Source: Psychrobacter sp. DM4
Lineage (GTDB): Bacteria > Pseudomonadota > Gammaproteobacteria > Pseudomonadales > Moraxellaceae
Assembly (NCBI RefSeq): GCF_051307035.1
Contig: NZ_CP195536.1
Location: 2,430,001 to 2,462,000 of the forward strand
DNA length: 32,000 nucleotides
Direction of reading: 5' to 3'
Of the stretch, positions 18,382 through 29,200 are shown piece by piece. Below the pieces are notes generated by a model that was given only the letters and a program-made list of their open reading frames with translations, was not told where the DNA came from and did not search any database. The position numbers were made by a program, and so were the translations under genes. Each line of letters begins with the position of its first letter. Within the stretch, counting starts at the first letter, position 1.

Positions 18382-21069
18382 ATGACTCAAAAAAGCGCTA
18401 CTGTTACTCTCATACGTTTCTTGGTTGGGCTATTCATTGCCTTCTTGGCACTAGCTGTCATCTTAGTATTGGCAGTACCAATCGGTTTTTATGGCATGGC
18501 GATGTACCTATCTCCTACGCTACCTAGTATTCAAGAAATCAAAACCGCAAGCTTAGAGATGCCATTACAGATCTATAGTCATGACGACAAGCTTATAGGT
18601 CAGTATGGCAATCGCATGTCATTACCAGTGGAATATGATGAGATACCGCAGAACTTAACCCGCGCATTTTTGGCAGCAGAAGATGCATCATTCTTTCAGC
18701 ATAGCGGTATTAGTATTAAAGGTTTAGGACGAGCGGTTACTGAAGTGGTCACTGATGATGACACTCAAACAGGCGGCTCAACTATTACCATGCAGGTTGC
18801 CAAAAACTACTTTTTGAGTCCAGAACGTACTTTGAACCGTAAACTTACCGAGCTCTTTTTAGCCCGAAAAATGGAAGATGAGCTTAGCAAGAACGAGATA
18901 CTCACGCTTTATGTCAATAAGATTTACTTGGGTGAAGGCGCTTATGGTATTCGCGCTGCTGCTAGAAAATACTACAGTAAGTCATTGGAGAACTTGACGG
19001 TTGCCGAGATGGCAATGCTGGCAGGTTTGCCAAAAGCGCCCTCAAAATATAACCCTGTTGCCAACCCTGAACGTGCATTGACTCGTCGCAACTGGATTGT
19101 AGGCCGCATGCAAGAGCTCGGTTATATCGATCAAGCGCAGCATGACGAAGCGGTCAACTCGCCTATTGGACTTAAGCTGTATCAAGAAAAACTTGATGTC
19201 AATATGCCTTATTTGGCAGAAATGGCTCGTTATGCACTTGTTAATCGTTACGGCGAACAAGTTGTCAATGGTGGCTGGCGTGTGCGTTTAACGATTGATA
19301 GCGAGGCGCAAGCGGCAGCAGAAGCTGCTATCCTAAAAGGCTTGGTTGCCTATGAGCACAGACATGGTTGGCGCGGGGCAGAAGCTCAGGGCGAACCGCT
19401 CGCTGATTTTAGGCGGTATAGTAGCTTATCTCCTGCTAAGGTGACCAAGGTTAACTCACGCAGCTTTGAGGCAACTATTCCCACAGGTGAGAGCGTTACG
19501 GTCGACTGGTCTGGTATGAGCTGGGCACGCAAGTACATCTCAGCCGATCGCGTTGGCTACTATCCCAGCAATGCCAGTCAAATTGTAAGTGAAGAAGATA
19601 TTATCCGAGTGATACCGACGGCTAGTGGTAACTGGCAGCTGGCGCAGATCCCTGAGGTGCAGGGCAGCTTGGTCTCTTTAGATCCTGAGACAGGTGCTCT
19701 CAATGCTTTGGTTGGTGGTTTTGATTTTAATCACAGCAAATTTAATCGTGCTTTACAAGGATGGCGTCAGCCAGGTTCGACTATCAAGCCGCTGGTCTAT
19801 ACCACCGCACTAGAAAAAGGCTACCGTCCCGATAGCATCGTCTCAGATCGTCCTATTCAAGTCGGTGATTGGAAACCCAAAAATTCTGATGAACGTTTTT
19901 TGGGTGATATTACTTTGCGCCGAGGGTTGTATTTATCGCGTAATCTTGTATCTATCCGCTTACTACAAGCCATTGGCATCTCCGATACGCGCGATTTGCT
20001 CGATCAGTTTGGTTTGGACAAAGAAAAATTGCCAACTACACTATCGCTAGCGCTTGGCGCAGGACAAGCTACTCCTTTACAGATGGCAACGGCTTACGCT
20101 ACCTTTGCCAATGGCGGTCATCGTGTTCAGCCTTATTTTATCGAGCAAATATACAACTACGATAACGAGCTACTCTTTCAAGCCAATCCGCAGCAGGCGT
20201 GTGCTCTATGCTTTAACGAGCAGCTTAACGAGCGTAACGAAGAATTGATCGAGGCCTTTAACGCTCCTACTGATGACAAGGCTGCTGATGGAGATATTGT
20301 TAACGTAGATACTATCGATGAAGAAGCAATAAACGCAGAGAATAAGGACGACATTGAGGTCAATGACGCAACTGATAAGGCGCTGATGTCTGCAAGGAGT
20401 GAGGCACTGATGCACGATGCAACTCCCGATGCTGATCGTCTCAAAGCCCCTGTTGTACAATATGTTATGGCAACACAAGCACCTAGAATTTTAAAACCGC
20501 AAGTTGCGTTTGAGATGGCTGATATCCTGCGCGATGTCGTCCAACGCGGTACAGGTGTACGTGCCAAAGCGCTGGGTCGTAATGACATAGGTGGCAAGAC
20601 AGGTACGACGAATGAGGCTAAAGACGCTTGGTTTGCAGGATTTCATCCAACTAATGCAACGGTCGTTTGGATGGGCTTTGATCAGCCAACGACTATGGGT
20701 CGCCGTGAATACGGCGGCGTAGCAGCCCTACCCGTCTGGATGGACTTTATGACAGCACAGCTCAAAGACACCCCAGAGCAGTGGGTCTCTATCAATAACC
20801 GTGCTAAATCGAAAAGACAGCAGCAAGAAATTATAGAAGTGACGGATAATGGTGTAATCTCAGACGAAGTTGAGGTATCTGATAAAGAGACTAGAGCAAA
20901 ACCTGTCAAAACTAGAGCGCAACCTCGTAAACCCTTGGAGCCTGAACCCGTTGAAGAGGTTGAGACTGCTACAGTAAGACCTAACAGTAGTAATCGTAGC
21001 AGCAGTGGTATCCAAAATACGCCACTCTCTGCGACACCAGCTGAACGTATGCCTCCGATGCCAGAATAG
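18382..21069 (+). CDS. ponA: Penicillin-binding protein 1A (bifunctional glycosyltransferase/transpeptidase)
   Basis: It has an N-terminal TM anchor and GT51 motifs (EDASFFQHSGI, GGSTITMQVAKN, RK..E, KNEILTLYVNKIYLG). The transpeptidase motifs are STIKP, SRN and KTGTT. It is divergent from pilM, as in Pseudomonas and Acinetobacter. Confidence 0.95.
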   Translation: MTQKSATVTLIRFLVGLFIAFLALAVILVLAVPIGFYGMAMYLSPTLPSIQEIKTASLEMPLQIYSHDDKLIGQYGNRMSLPVEYDEIPQNLTRAFLAAEDASFFQHSGISIKGLGRAVTEVVTDDDTQTGGSTITMQVAKNYFLSPERTLNRKLTELFLARKMEDELSKNEILTLYVNKIYLGEGAYGIRAAARKYYSKSLENLTVAEMAMLAGLPKAPSKYNPVANPERALTRRNWIVGRMQELGYIDQAQHDEAVNSPIGLKLYQEKLDVNMPYLAEMARYALVNRYGEQVVNGGWRVRLTIDSEAQAAAEAAILKGLVAYEHRHGWRGAEAQGEPLADFRRYSSLSPAKVTKVNSRSFEATIPTGESVTVDWSGMSWARKYISADRVGYYPSNASQIVSEEDIIRVIPTASGNWQLAQIPEVQGSLVSLDPETGALNALVGGFDFNHSKFNRALQGWRQPGSTIKPLVYTTALEKGYRPDSIVSDRPIQVGDWKPKNSDERFLGDITLRRGLYLSRNLVSIRLLQAIGISDTRDLLDQFGLDKEKLPTTLSLALGAGQATPLQMATAYATFANGGHRVQPYFIEQIYNYDNELLFQANPQQACALCFNEQLNERNEELIEAFNAPTDDKAADGDIVNVDTIDEEAINAENKDDIEVNDATDKALMSARSEALMHDATPDADRLKAPVVQYVMATQAPRILKPQVAFEMADILRDVVQRGTGVRAKALGRNDIGGKTGTTNEAKDAWFAGFHPTNATVVWMGFDQPTTMGRREYGGVAALPVWMDFMTAQLKDTPEQWVSINNRAKSKRQQQEIIEVTDNGVISDEVEVSDKETRAKPVKTRAQPRKPLEPEPVEEVETATVRPNSSNRSSSGIQNTPLSATPAERMPPMPE

Positions 21070-21085
21070 AGTATTAAAAATAATT

Positions 21086-21124
21086 AAAAAAGGCTTGTTG
21101 ATAGTAAATCGACAAGCCTTTTTT
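21086..21124. terminator. Rho-independent (potentially bidirectional) terminator between convergent ponA and the 173-aa ORF
   Basis: AAAAAAGGCTTGTTGAT-AGTAA-ATCGACAAGCCTTTTTT. The 12-bp stem contains one U-G pair on the plus-strand RNA, which is an A-C mismatch on the minus strand. An A6 run lies upstream and a T6 run downstream. Confidence 0.7.
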
Positions 21125-21169
21125 ATACTTATTTTTTGCACATACACTTTTTAGACTCTTTATTCGCAA

Positions 21170-21691
21170 TCAAAACTCTACCATACCAGCACGTAGCTGC
21201 TCAATGAGCTCTAAGAACTGCTGACGCCATTCACGTATAGTGCTCTCATCGGGTAGCCATTGATTCGATAAAGTCACCACATTTACAATCAAGTCTTTTG
21301 ACGCGGTACTAGTCATTGAGGTGTCTGCTAGAGCCTCAGGAGGTACCGCATAAAGGCAACGCTGATAAGCGCGCTCAATATTGGCTAAAAAACCTTTTTC
21401 AAGTAACTGCTTTAGGCGCATAACTTCAGGAGATATCTGCGTGCGTGTATCTAAAGCTTCTTCGATATTGGCTAAAGTAGGCGCGGTCTCTTGCAACCCA
21501 TAGAACTGACTCAGCTCTTGCAAAAAGGCCAAAAGCGTACCGTATAAATGGAAGATAGCCGTCTCACAGTGTGCCTGATAAAGCTGCTTATCATTACTAC
21601 TGCCAGCAGCTTGACAGGCTAAACGACAGAAATATAATTTTTGATTGGTACGGTCTGCTTGGTACTTAGCAACGCGGCCTTTGTCTGCCAT
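21170..21691 (-). CDS. Hypothetical protein, 173 aa, soluble and probably all-helical; no family recognised
   Basis: It is a clean ORF with an ATG preceded by AAGGA and composition like its neighbours. It has no signal peptide or TM segment and contains four Cys residues (C22, C26, C42, C112, including CRLAC). I cannot assign a family from memory. Confidence 0.7.
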   Translation of the reverse strand: MADKGRVAKYQADRTNQKLYFCRLACQAAGSSNDKQLYQAHCETAIFHLYGTLLAFLQELSQFYGLQETAPTLANIEEALDTRTQISPEVMRLKQLLEKGFLANIERAYQRCLYAVPPEALADTSMTSTASKDLIVNVVTLSNQWLPDESTIREWRQQFLELIEQLRAGMVEF

Positions 21692-21808
21692 ACGCTTTTT
21701 ATCCTTATGATTCTATAGAATTATTAATGCTTGTAACGCCAATTTTAGCATAGTATTTTTTAAAATTGTTTTCTTAAGAAATGATTGTTTTTAGCGATAA
21801 TTAAACAT

Positions 21809-21838
21809 AAAAAAGCCAGCAAGAATGCTGGCTTTTTT
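21809..21838 (-). terminator. Rho-independent terminator of the rplJL-rpoBC operon, downstream of rpoC
   Basis: The minus strand reads AAAAAAGCCAGCA-TTCT-TGCTGGCTTTTTT. The stem is a perfect 7 bp (21815-21821 / 21826-21832) followed by T6, 16 nt after the rpoC stop. Confidence 0.75.
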
Positions 21839-21853
21839 ATGTTGCAATAAATA

Positions 21854-24800
21854 TTAAGATTGGCTATCTTGATTGAGCTCTTGAGCAAAGGCTTCATCAA
21901 AGCTAGTAAAGTCTTTGTTATCACTACCAGTAGGCATATCAAACGCTGCATTCATATCTTTATCTAACAGCTTTTGATCGGCTTTTTCTTTACGGGCTTT
22001 GTGATAAGAAAGTCCAGTACCAGCAGGAATCAAGCGACCAACAACAACGTTCTCTTTGAGGCCACGTAGCTCATCGACCTTGCCAGTAACCGCAGCTGCC
22101 GTCAAGACACGAGTGGTCTCCTGGAATGATGCGGCAGAGATAAAGCTCTCTGTTGCCAGACTCGCTTTGGTGATACCAAGCAGTTGACGCTCATACTGGA
22201 TTGGGAATTTATCTTCCGCCTCCAGCTTGGCATTTAGTGCTTTGATATCAGCATACTCTGCTTGATCGCCTTTGAAGTGACTTGAGTCGCCAGCATCAGT
22301 AATCTCAACTTTGCGCAGCATCTGACGAATGATAACCTCAATGTGCTTATCGTTGATCTTCACCCCTTGTAAGCGATAAACGTCCTGTACTTCGTTGACG
22401 ATATAGTCAGCAAGCGCAGTTTGACCTTTTAGGCGCAAGATGTCATGCGGGTTTTGTGGACCATCAGCGATAACTTCACCGCGTGCCACTGTCTCATTTT
22501 CAAAGACATTGATTTGACGCCATTTTGGAATGAGCTCTTCATGGACCTCACCGTCTTCATTGGTAATAATAAAGCGGTTTTTGCCTTTGGTCTCTTTACC
22601 GAAGCTGACAACACCTGACATCTCTGCCATGATCGCATGATCTTTTGGACGGCGAGCTTCGAATAGATCTGCAACTCGTGGTAGACCACCGGTAATATCT
22701 TTAGTACCTGATGAGGCTTGTGGTACACGGCCTAGGATTGAACCTGCTGCAACCTCTTCACCATCACTAACACGAATAATTGTCTCAGCGGGCAAGAAGT
22801 AAACCACTTCTTTACCTTCATTGGTATTCAAGATAATAGCTGGACGTAAGTCTTTTGCTGAGCTTGAACGGTCACGAGTCGCTAGAATCTCAAACGAGCT
22901 CATACCAGTCGCGTCATCAACCTTCACGGTAGCAGTCAAGCCATCAGTAATGTCACTGAAGCGCGCTTTACCCGCAAACTCAGTGATAATAGGATGCGTG
23001 TGCGGGTCCCACTTAGCGATAGTCTGACCACCTTCGACCTGATCTTCGTTCTTGACTAATACGCTTGAACCATAAGGTACTTTGTAACGCTCACGCTCAC
23101 GACCAAGCTCATCTGTCAACGCAATCTCAGCTGAACGAGAGACGATAACCAAATGACCATCGGTATGCTCAACCGTTTTCATGTTTTCGAAATGCGCTTG
23201 ACCTGCATTACGAACTGAAATGCTATTGTCTACAGAGGCAGAACTCGCCGCGCCACCAACGTGGAACGTACGCATCGTTAGCTGTGTGCCTGGCTCACCG
23301 ATAGACTGCGCCGCCATAACACCGACTGACTCACCGATATTGACTTTATGGCCACGGGCTAGATCACGACCATAGCACTGCGAACATACGCCATGTTCAA
23401 CGTCACATGTGATGACTGAACGTACCCAAATATCATCAATAGCGTTTTCATCAAGTACATTGACCCAATGCTCATCGATCAAAGTACCAGTCGGTACTAG
23501 TATTTTTGATTCATCATCATTGTAAGTCACATCACGAGCGGTTACACGACCAAGTACAAGATCACCAAGCTTTTCGATGATCTCGCCACCTTGAATGTGC
23601 GGCGTCATAAGCAAGCCTTGCTCAGTACCACAGTCTTCAGTAGTAATGACCAAATCTTGAGCAACATCAACCAAACGGCGCGTCAGGTAACCTGAGTTAG
23701 CAGTTTTTAGTGCTGTATCTGCTAGACCTTTACGCGCACCGTGAGTCGAGATAAAGTACTGAAGTACAGTTAACCCTTCACGGAAGTTGGCTTTAATTGG
23801 CGTCTCGATGATTGAGCCATCCGGTTTTGCCATAAGGCCACGCATACCAGCAAGCTGACGAATCTGCGCTGCACTACCACGAGCACCCGAATCTGACATA
23901 ATAAAGATAGAGTTGAATGACTTTTGCTCTTCTTCTTCGCCTTGTGCGTTGATCACTTTATCAGTTGCCAAGTTATCCATCATCGCTTTAGCGACTTTAT
24001 CATTGGTGCGAGACCAGATATCGACTACTTTGTTATAGCGCTCACCTGCGGTCACAAAGCCCTGCTCGAACTGATCTTCGATCTCACGTACTTCAGCTTC
24101 TGCCACTTCGATGATTTGTTTTTTGCTTGGCGGGATGACCATGTCATCGATACCGATTGATACGCCTGATAAAGTCGCTTGCGCAAATCCAAGATACATC
24201 AATTGGTCAGCGAACATAACGCTGTCTTTGACGCCCATTTTACGGTAGCACGAGTTGATCAAACGCGAGATGTTTTTCTTAGTCATCTCTTGGTTGCACT
24301 CTTCAAACGCCATACCTTTTGGCATGATGTTCCAAATCAGTAAGCGACCAGCAACAGTATCTTTGATACTAGTTTCTTGAGTATGATTGCCATCAGCATC
24401 GATAATGGTTTCAGTTACGCGAACCTTGATCTTAGCATTCACATGTAGATCATTTGAGCCGATAGCGCGTAATGCTTCATTGACAGAAGCAAAAATCATG
24501 CTCTCGCCTTTGACATTCACTGACGAGCGGCTAATATAATATAGACCCAAGACCACGTCTTGTGACGGTACGATAATCGGATCACCGTTCGCTGGTGACA
24601 AGATATTATTCGTCGACATCATGAGCGCACGTGATTCTAGCTGTGCTTCCAACGTCAATGGCACGTGAACGGCCATCTGATCGCCATCGAAATCAGCATT
24701 GAATGCGGTACAAACTAGAGGATGAAGCTGAATAGCTTTACCTTCAATCAATACTGGCTCAAAGGCTTGTAAGCCCAAACGGTGAAGGGTTGGCGCACGG

Positions 24801-26077
24801 TTAAGAAGTACAGGGTGCTCACGGATAACCATCGCTAGCATATCCCACACTTGTGGCTCTTCGCGCTCGACCATCTTTTTGGCCGCTTTAATCGTCGTCG
24901 CTAAGCCATGAGATAGTAGTTTATTATAAGTGAATGGCTTGAATAGCTCTAGAGCCATTTTCTTTGGTAGACCACACTGGTGCAAGCGTAGCGTTGGGCC
25001 TACAACAATGACCGAACGACCAGAGTAATCGACACGTTTACCCAGTAAGTTTTGGCGGAAACGACCTTGCTTACCTTTGATCATATCGGCCAAAGATTTG
25101 AGGGGACGCTTATTACTACCAGTAATCGCACGACCACGGCGGCCGTTATCAAGTAGCGCATCGACTGACTCTTGAAGCATACGTTTTTCGTTACGTACAA
25201 TAATGTCAGGCGCACTTAGCTCAAGCAGACGCTTTAGGCGGTTGTTGCGGTTGATCACGCGACGATAAAGATCGTTAAGATCTGAAGTCGCAAAACGACC
25301 GCCTTCTAGGGGTACTAGCGGACGCAAATCTGGTGGCAATACTGGCAATATGTTCATCACCATCCACTCAGGCTTGTTATTAGAATCGCGGAACGCTTCT
25401 AATAATTTTAGACGCTTAGACATCTTTTTGAGCTTCGTCTCAGAACCTGTTTGTGGAATGGCTTCGCGCAGTTCATCAATCTCGATATCAAGATCGATAT
25501 CCTTGAGCAAGTCTTGAACGGCTTCAGCACCCATTTTGGCGGTAAATTCATCGCCAAACTCTTCGAGCGCACGATAATAGTCTTCATCATCAAGCAGTTG
25601 ATACTTCTCTAAAGAAGTTAGACCAGGTTCTGTAACGATATAGCTCTCAAAATACAAGACACGCTCGATATCACGTAGCGTCATATCAAGAAGCAAACCG
25701 ATACGGCTTGGTAGTGATTTTAAGAACCAAATATGAGCAACTGGACTGGCTAAGTCAATATGACCCATACGGTCGCGGCGCACTTTAGCAGTAGTGACTT
25801 CAACGCCACATTTTTCACAGATAACGCCTTGAAACTTACGACGCTTGTACTTACCACAGAGACATTCGAAATCTTTTACAGGGCCAAAGATTTTGGCACA
25901 AAAAAGACCGTCACGCTCAGGCTTAAAGGTACGATAGTTAATCGTTTCTGGCTTTTTGACTTCGCCGTGTGACCACGACTTGATGACATCGGGTGATGCC
26001 AAGGTAATTTGAATACTATCAAACTCACGGTTACCGTTGCCGGTAGGGCTTTGCATGATATCGAGTAAATCTTTCAA
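21854..26077 (-). CDS. rpoC: DNA-directed RNA polymerase subunit beta-prime
   Basis: 1407 aa and collinear with E. coli RpoC, including the zinc-binding CLCGKYKR...CEKCGVEV, the catalytic [14 protein letters not shown] and the C-terminal [17 protein letters not shown]. The start is TTG (26077-26075; MKDLL, compare the E. coli GTG start giving VKDLL), with GGAG 7 nt upstream. Confidence 0.97.
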   Translation of the reverse strand: MKDLLDIMQSPTGNGNREFDSIQITLASPDVIKSWSHGEVKKPETINYRTFKPERDGLFCAKIFGPVKDFECLCGKYKRRKFQGVICEKCGVEVTTAKVRRDRMGHIDLASPVAHIWFLKSLPSRIGLLLDMTLRDIERVLYFESYIVTEPGLTSLEKYQLLDDEDYYRALEEFGDEFTAKMGAEAVQDLLKDIDLDIEIDELREAIPQTGSETKLKKMSKRLKLLEAFRDSNNKPEWMVMNILPVLPPDLRPLVPLEGGRFATSDLNDLYRRVINRNNRLKRLLELSAPDIIVRNEKRMLQESVDALLDNGRRGRAITGSNKRPLKSLADMIKGKQGRFRQNLLGKRVDYSGRSVIVVGPTLRLHQCGLPKKMALELFKPFTYNKLLSHGLATTIKAAKKMVEREEPQVWDMLAMVIREHPVLLNRAPTLHRLGLQAFEPVLIEGKAIQLHPLVCTAFNADFDGDQMAVHVPLTLEAQLESRALMMSTNNILSPANGDPIIVPSQDVVLGLYYISRSSVNVKGESMIFASVNEALRAIGSNDLHVNAKIKVRVTETIIDADGNHTQETSIKDTVAGRLLIWNIMPKGMAFEECNQEMTKKNISRLINSCYRKMGVKDSVMFADQLMYLGFAQATLSGVSIGIDDMVIPPSKKQIIEVAEAEVREIEDQFEQGFVTAGERYNKVVDIWSRTNDKVAKAMMDNLATDKVINAQGEEEEQKSFNSIFIMSDSGARGSAAQIRQLAGMRGLMAKPDGSIIETPIKANFREGLTVLQYFISTHGARKGLADTALKTANSGYLTRRLVDVAQDLVITTEDCGTEQGLLMTPHIQGGEIIEKLGDLVLGRVTARDVTYNDDESKILVPTGTLIDEHWVNVLDENAIDDIWVRSVITCDVEHGVCSQCYGRDLARGHKVNIGESVGVMAAQSIGEPGTQLTMRTFHVGGAASSASVDNSISVRNAGQAHFENMKTVEHTDGHLVIVSRSAEIALTDELGRERERYKVPYGSSVLVKNEDQVEGGQTIAKWDPHTHPIITEFAGKARFSDITDGLTATVKVDDATGMSSFEILATRDRSSSAKDLRPAIILNTNEGKEVVYFLPAETIIRVSDGEEVAAGSILGRVPQASSGTKDITGGLPRVADLFEARRPKDHAIMAEMSGVVSFGKETKGKNRFIITNEDGEVHEELIPKWRQINVFENETVARGEVIADGPQNPHDILRLKGQTALADYIVNEVQDVYRLQGVKINDKHIEVIIRQMLRKVEITDAGDSSHFKGDQAEYADIKALNAKLEAEDKFPIQYERQLLGITKASLATESFISAASFQETTRVLTAAAVTGKVDELRGLKENVVVGRLIPAGTGLSYHKARKEKADQKLLDKDMNAAFDMPTGSDNKDFTSFDEAFAQELNQDSQS

Positions 26078-26109
26078 GTTGCTTCTCCGTTATCTTTATA
26101 ATCATCTAT

Positions 26110-26216
26110 TCTTGCAACGTCGTACTATAAAAACGTTGTAGAGCAAGAGACTGAAGGCAATGAATAGGGTTGAGATAAATCACTAAAAGCAGCAGCAAAA
26201 GGCGTACTGCTTTTAG
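26110..26216 (-). other. Two stem-loops in the 165-bp rpoB-rpoC intercistronic spacer
   Basis: The first hairpin pairs CTAAAAGCAG (26183-26192) with CTGCTTTTAG (26207-26216), a 10-bp stem with a 14-nt loop. The second is composite: TCTTG+CAACGT (26110-26120) pairs with ACGTTG (26133-26138) and CAAGA (26144-26148). No U-run follows either, so they are more likely processing or stability elements than terminators. Confidence 0.4.
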
Positions 26217-26242
26217 AGTAACAATCAAGCTTCAACAAAAAG

Positions 26243-29200
26243 TTAGTTGTTTTCTTTTAACTCAATATTTAGACCCAGTGATTTGATTTCTTTGGTCAAA
26301 ACATTAAAGGATTCAGGCATACCCGGATCCATATATTGCTCACCATCGACGATGTTTTTGTACATACGCGTACGTCCTTCAACATCATCTGACTTCACAG
26401 TTAGCATCTCTTGCAAGGTGTAAGTTGCACCATAAGCTTCTAATGCCCACACTTCCATCTCACCAAAACGCTGACCACCAAACTGAGCTTTACCACCAAG
26501 TGGCTGCTGCGTTACTAGTGAATAAGAACCAGTAGAACGCGCATGCATTTTGTCATCAACCAAATGGTTCAATTTGAGCATGTACATGTAGCCGACCGTT
26601 ACTTTACGGTCAAACTTCTGACCCGTACGACCATCATATAAGGTCTGCTGACCATCACGGTCCATACCAGCAAGCTCTAGCAAGTCTTTGACTTGGCTCT
26701 CTCTTGCGCCATCGAACACCGCTGTACCCATTGGGACACCGCCGCGTAAGTTAGCTGAGAGTGCCATGATATCATCGTCACTCAAGCTATCTAGATCAAC
26801 CTGTTCACCGCCAACCTGGTTGTAGATTTTGTCTAAGAAGTCACGCAACTCTTTGATCGCTGCTTGAGACTTGAGCATACCATCGATTTTCTCGCCCAAA
26901 CCTTTTGCTGCCATACCCAGATGCGTCTCTAGAACCTGACCGATGTTCATACGAGAGGGTACACCAAGTGGGTTCAATACGATGTCAACGGTATTACCAT
27001 TCTCATCATAAGGCATGTCTTCTACTGGCATAATACGCGAGACGACACCTTTGTTACCATGACGACCCGCCATCTTGTCACCAGGCTGAATGCGACGTTT
27101 TACTGCTAAATAGACTTTAACGATTTTTTGAACGCCATGTTGTAAGTCATCTCCCGCCGTTAATTTACGCTTTTTCTCAGCGAACTTAGTGTCGATATCT
27201 TTTTGCTTATCAACCAAGTACTCAGCGATTTGCGTTAAACGCTCAGAGATCTCTTCTTCGACGGGCTGAATATCGAGCAAGGTCTCAAGGCTCATATCCT
27301 TCATATCCGCCAATGCCATAACAGTGCCAGCTTTTAGACCAGAACCGCCACTGACTTTTTGACCATCAAGCAAAGTACCGATACGGCCACGAGCAGCATC
27401 TTCGAAGATACGTAGCTCTTCTTTTAGATCTTTGCGGTAGCTATCAAGTTGCGACTTTTCAATCGCTCTTGCACGAGCGTCTTTTTCGACGCCATCACGG
27501 GTAAAGACTTGCACGTCAATAACCGTGCCTTTGCTTGATGTCGGAACACGTAGCGACGTGTCTTTTACATCAGCCGCTTTTTCACCAAAGATAGCTCTGA
27601 GCAATTTCTCTTCTGGCGTCAGTTGCGTCTCACCTTTTGGTGTGACTTTACCAACTAGAATGTCACCTGCATCAACTTCAGCACCGATATACACGATACC
27701 TGCTTCATCAAGACTAGATAGCGCCGCTTCACCAACGTGACTTGGAATATCAGCAGTGATCTCTTCGGTGCCAAGCTTAGTATCGCGCGCCACACAGGTT
27801 AGTTCTTGAATATGAATAGTGGTAAAACGATCTTCTTTCACCACTTTCTCAGATAGCAAGATTGAATCTTCGAAGTTATAACCATTCCACGGCATAAAGG
27901 CAATGCGAATGTTTTGACCCAATGCAAGCTCACCAAGATCCGTTGACGGACCATCAGCCAAGATATCACCCAAAGCAATCTCATCACCTTGGTTGACTAT
28001 GATTCGCTGGTTGATACAGGTGTTTTGGTTGGAGCGCGTGTATTTGATCAAGTTGTAGATATCGATACCTGCTTCACCAGCAGTCATCTCATCTTCATTG
28101 ACCCGAACGACGATACGTGAGGCGTCAACATCTTCGATCACACCGCCACGCTTGGCGATAACACAAACACCAGAATCACGGGCTACGTGACGCTCCATAC
28201 CTGTACCCACGAGCGGCTTATCAGCACGTAGCGTAGGAACAGCCTGACGTTGCATGTTCGAACCCATCAAGGCACGGTTAGCATCATCATGTTCTAGGAA
28301 CGGAATAAGACCTGCCGCTACTGATACGACCTGACTTGGCGACACATCCATATGCGTCACCTTTTCAGGTGGCATACGCACGAATTCACCATAGCTACGC
28401 ACGCTGACCATCTCGTCAGAGAGCGCACCATCTTCTGTTACTGGTGAGTCGGCTTGTGCAATGACCGTACCGACTTCTTCGATCGCTGATAGATACTCGA
28501 TAATATCCGTGACTTTACCGTCAACCACACGGCGATAAGGCGTTTCTAAAAAGCCAAAGCTGTTGGTTTTAGCAAAAGTCGCTAAGGAGTTGATAAGACC
28601 AATGTTTGGACCCTCTGGTGTCTCAATCGGGCAAACACGGCCATAATGCGTATCATGTACGTCACGCACTTCAAAACCTGCACGTTCACGTGTCAGACCA
28701 CCTGGGCCTAGTGCTGATACACGACGCTTATGCGTGACTTCAGACAATGGGTTGTTCTGATCCATAAACTGTGACAACTGGCTTGAACCAAAGAATTCTT
28801 TGACCGCAGCAGCAACCGGTTTTGAGTTAATCAAATCTTGTGGTGACAAGTTGTCAGATTCCGCTGAGCTTAAACGCTCTTTAACCGCACGCTCAACACG
28901 GACTAGACCGACGCGGAATTGGTTCTCCGCCATCTCACCAACCGAACGAATGCGGCGGTTACCCAAATGGTCAATGTCGTCGACTTCGCCGCGACCATTA
29001 CGGATCTCAATGAGCTCTTTTAGAACGTTAACGATATCGTCATTAGTCAATACGCTACGAGCGCGTTGAATGTCAGCGTCGTCAGTATCTTCAAAGTCCA
29101 AACCTAAACGGCGGTTGAACTTCATACGGCCAACATTCGATAAGTCATAGCGATCAGCGTTGAAGAACATGCTATCGAATAGCTTTTCAGCAGTTTCAAC

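Noticed and set aside
20200-20460. Acidic roughly 80-aa insertion in the PBP1a transpeptidase region (NEELIEAFNAPTDDKAADGDIVNVDTIDEEAINAENKDDIEVND...) as a possible foreign insertion or intein-like element
   Set aside because: E. coli PBP1a has a variable, non-conserved insertion at the same position (after the FANGG motif). There are no intein splice motifs or flanking repeats, and the reading frame is continuous. It is a known variable loop.
20178-20597. 139-aa and 90-aa minus-strand ORFs inside ponA
   Set aside because: They are antisense to the acidic variable insertion of PBP1a. The A/S-rich translation is what the reverse complement of D/E/A codons produces. There is no start context.
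21760-21951. 63-aa minus-strand ORF overlapping the rpoC 3' end and its terminator
   Set aside because: It overlaps the last 98 nt of rpoC in another frame and runs through the terminator hairpin. The sequence is AT-rich and low-complexity. It is an artefact of ORF calling.
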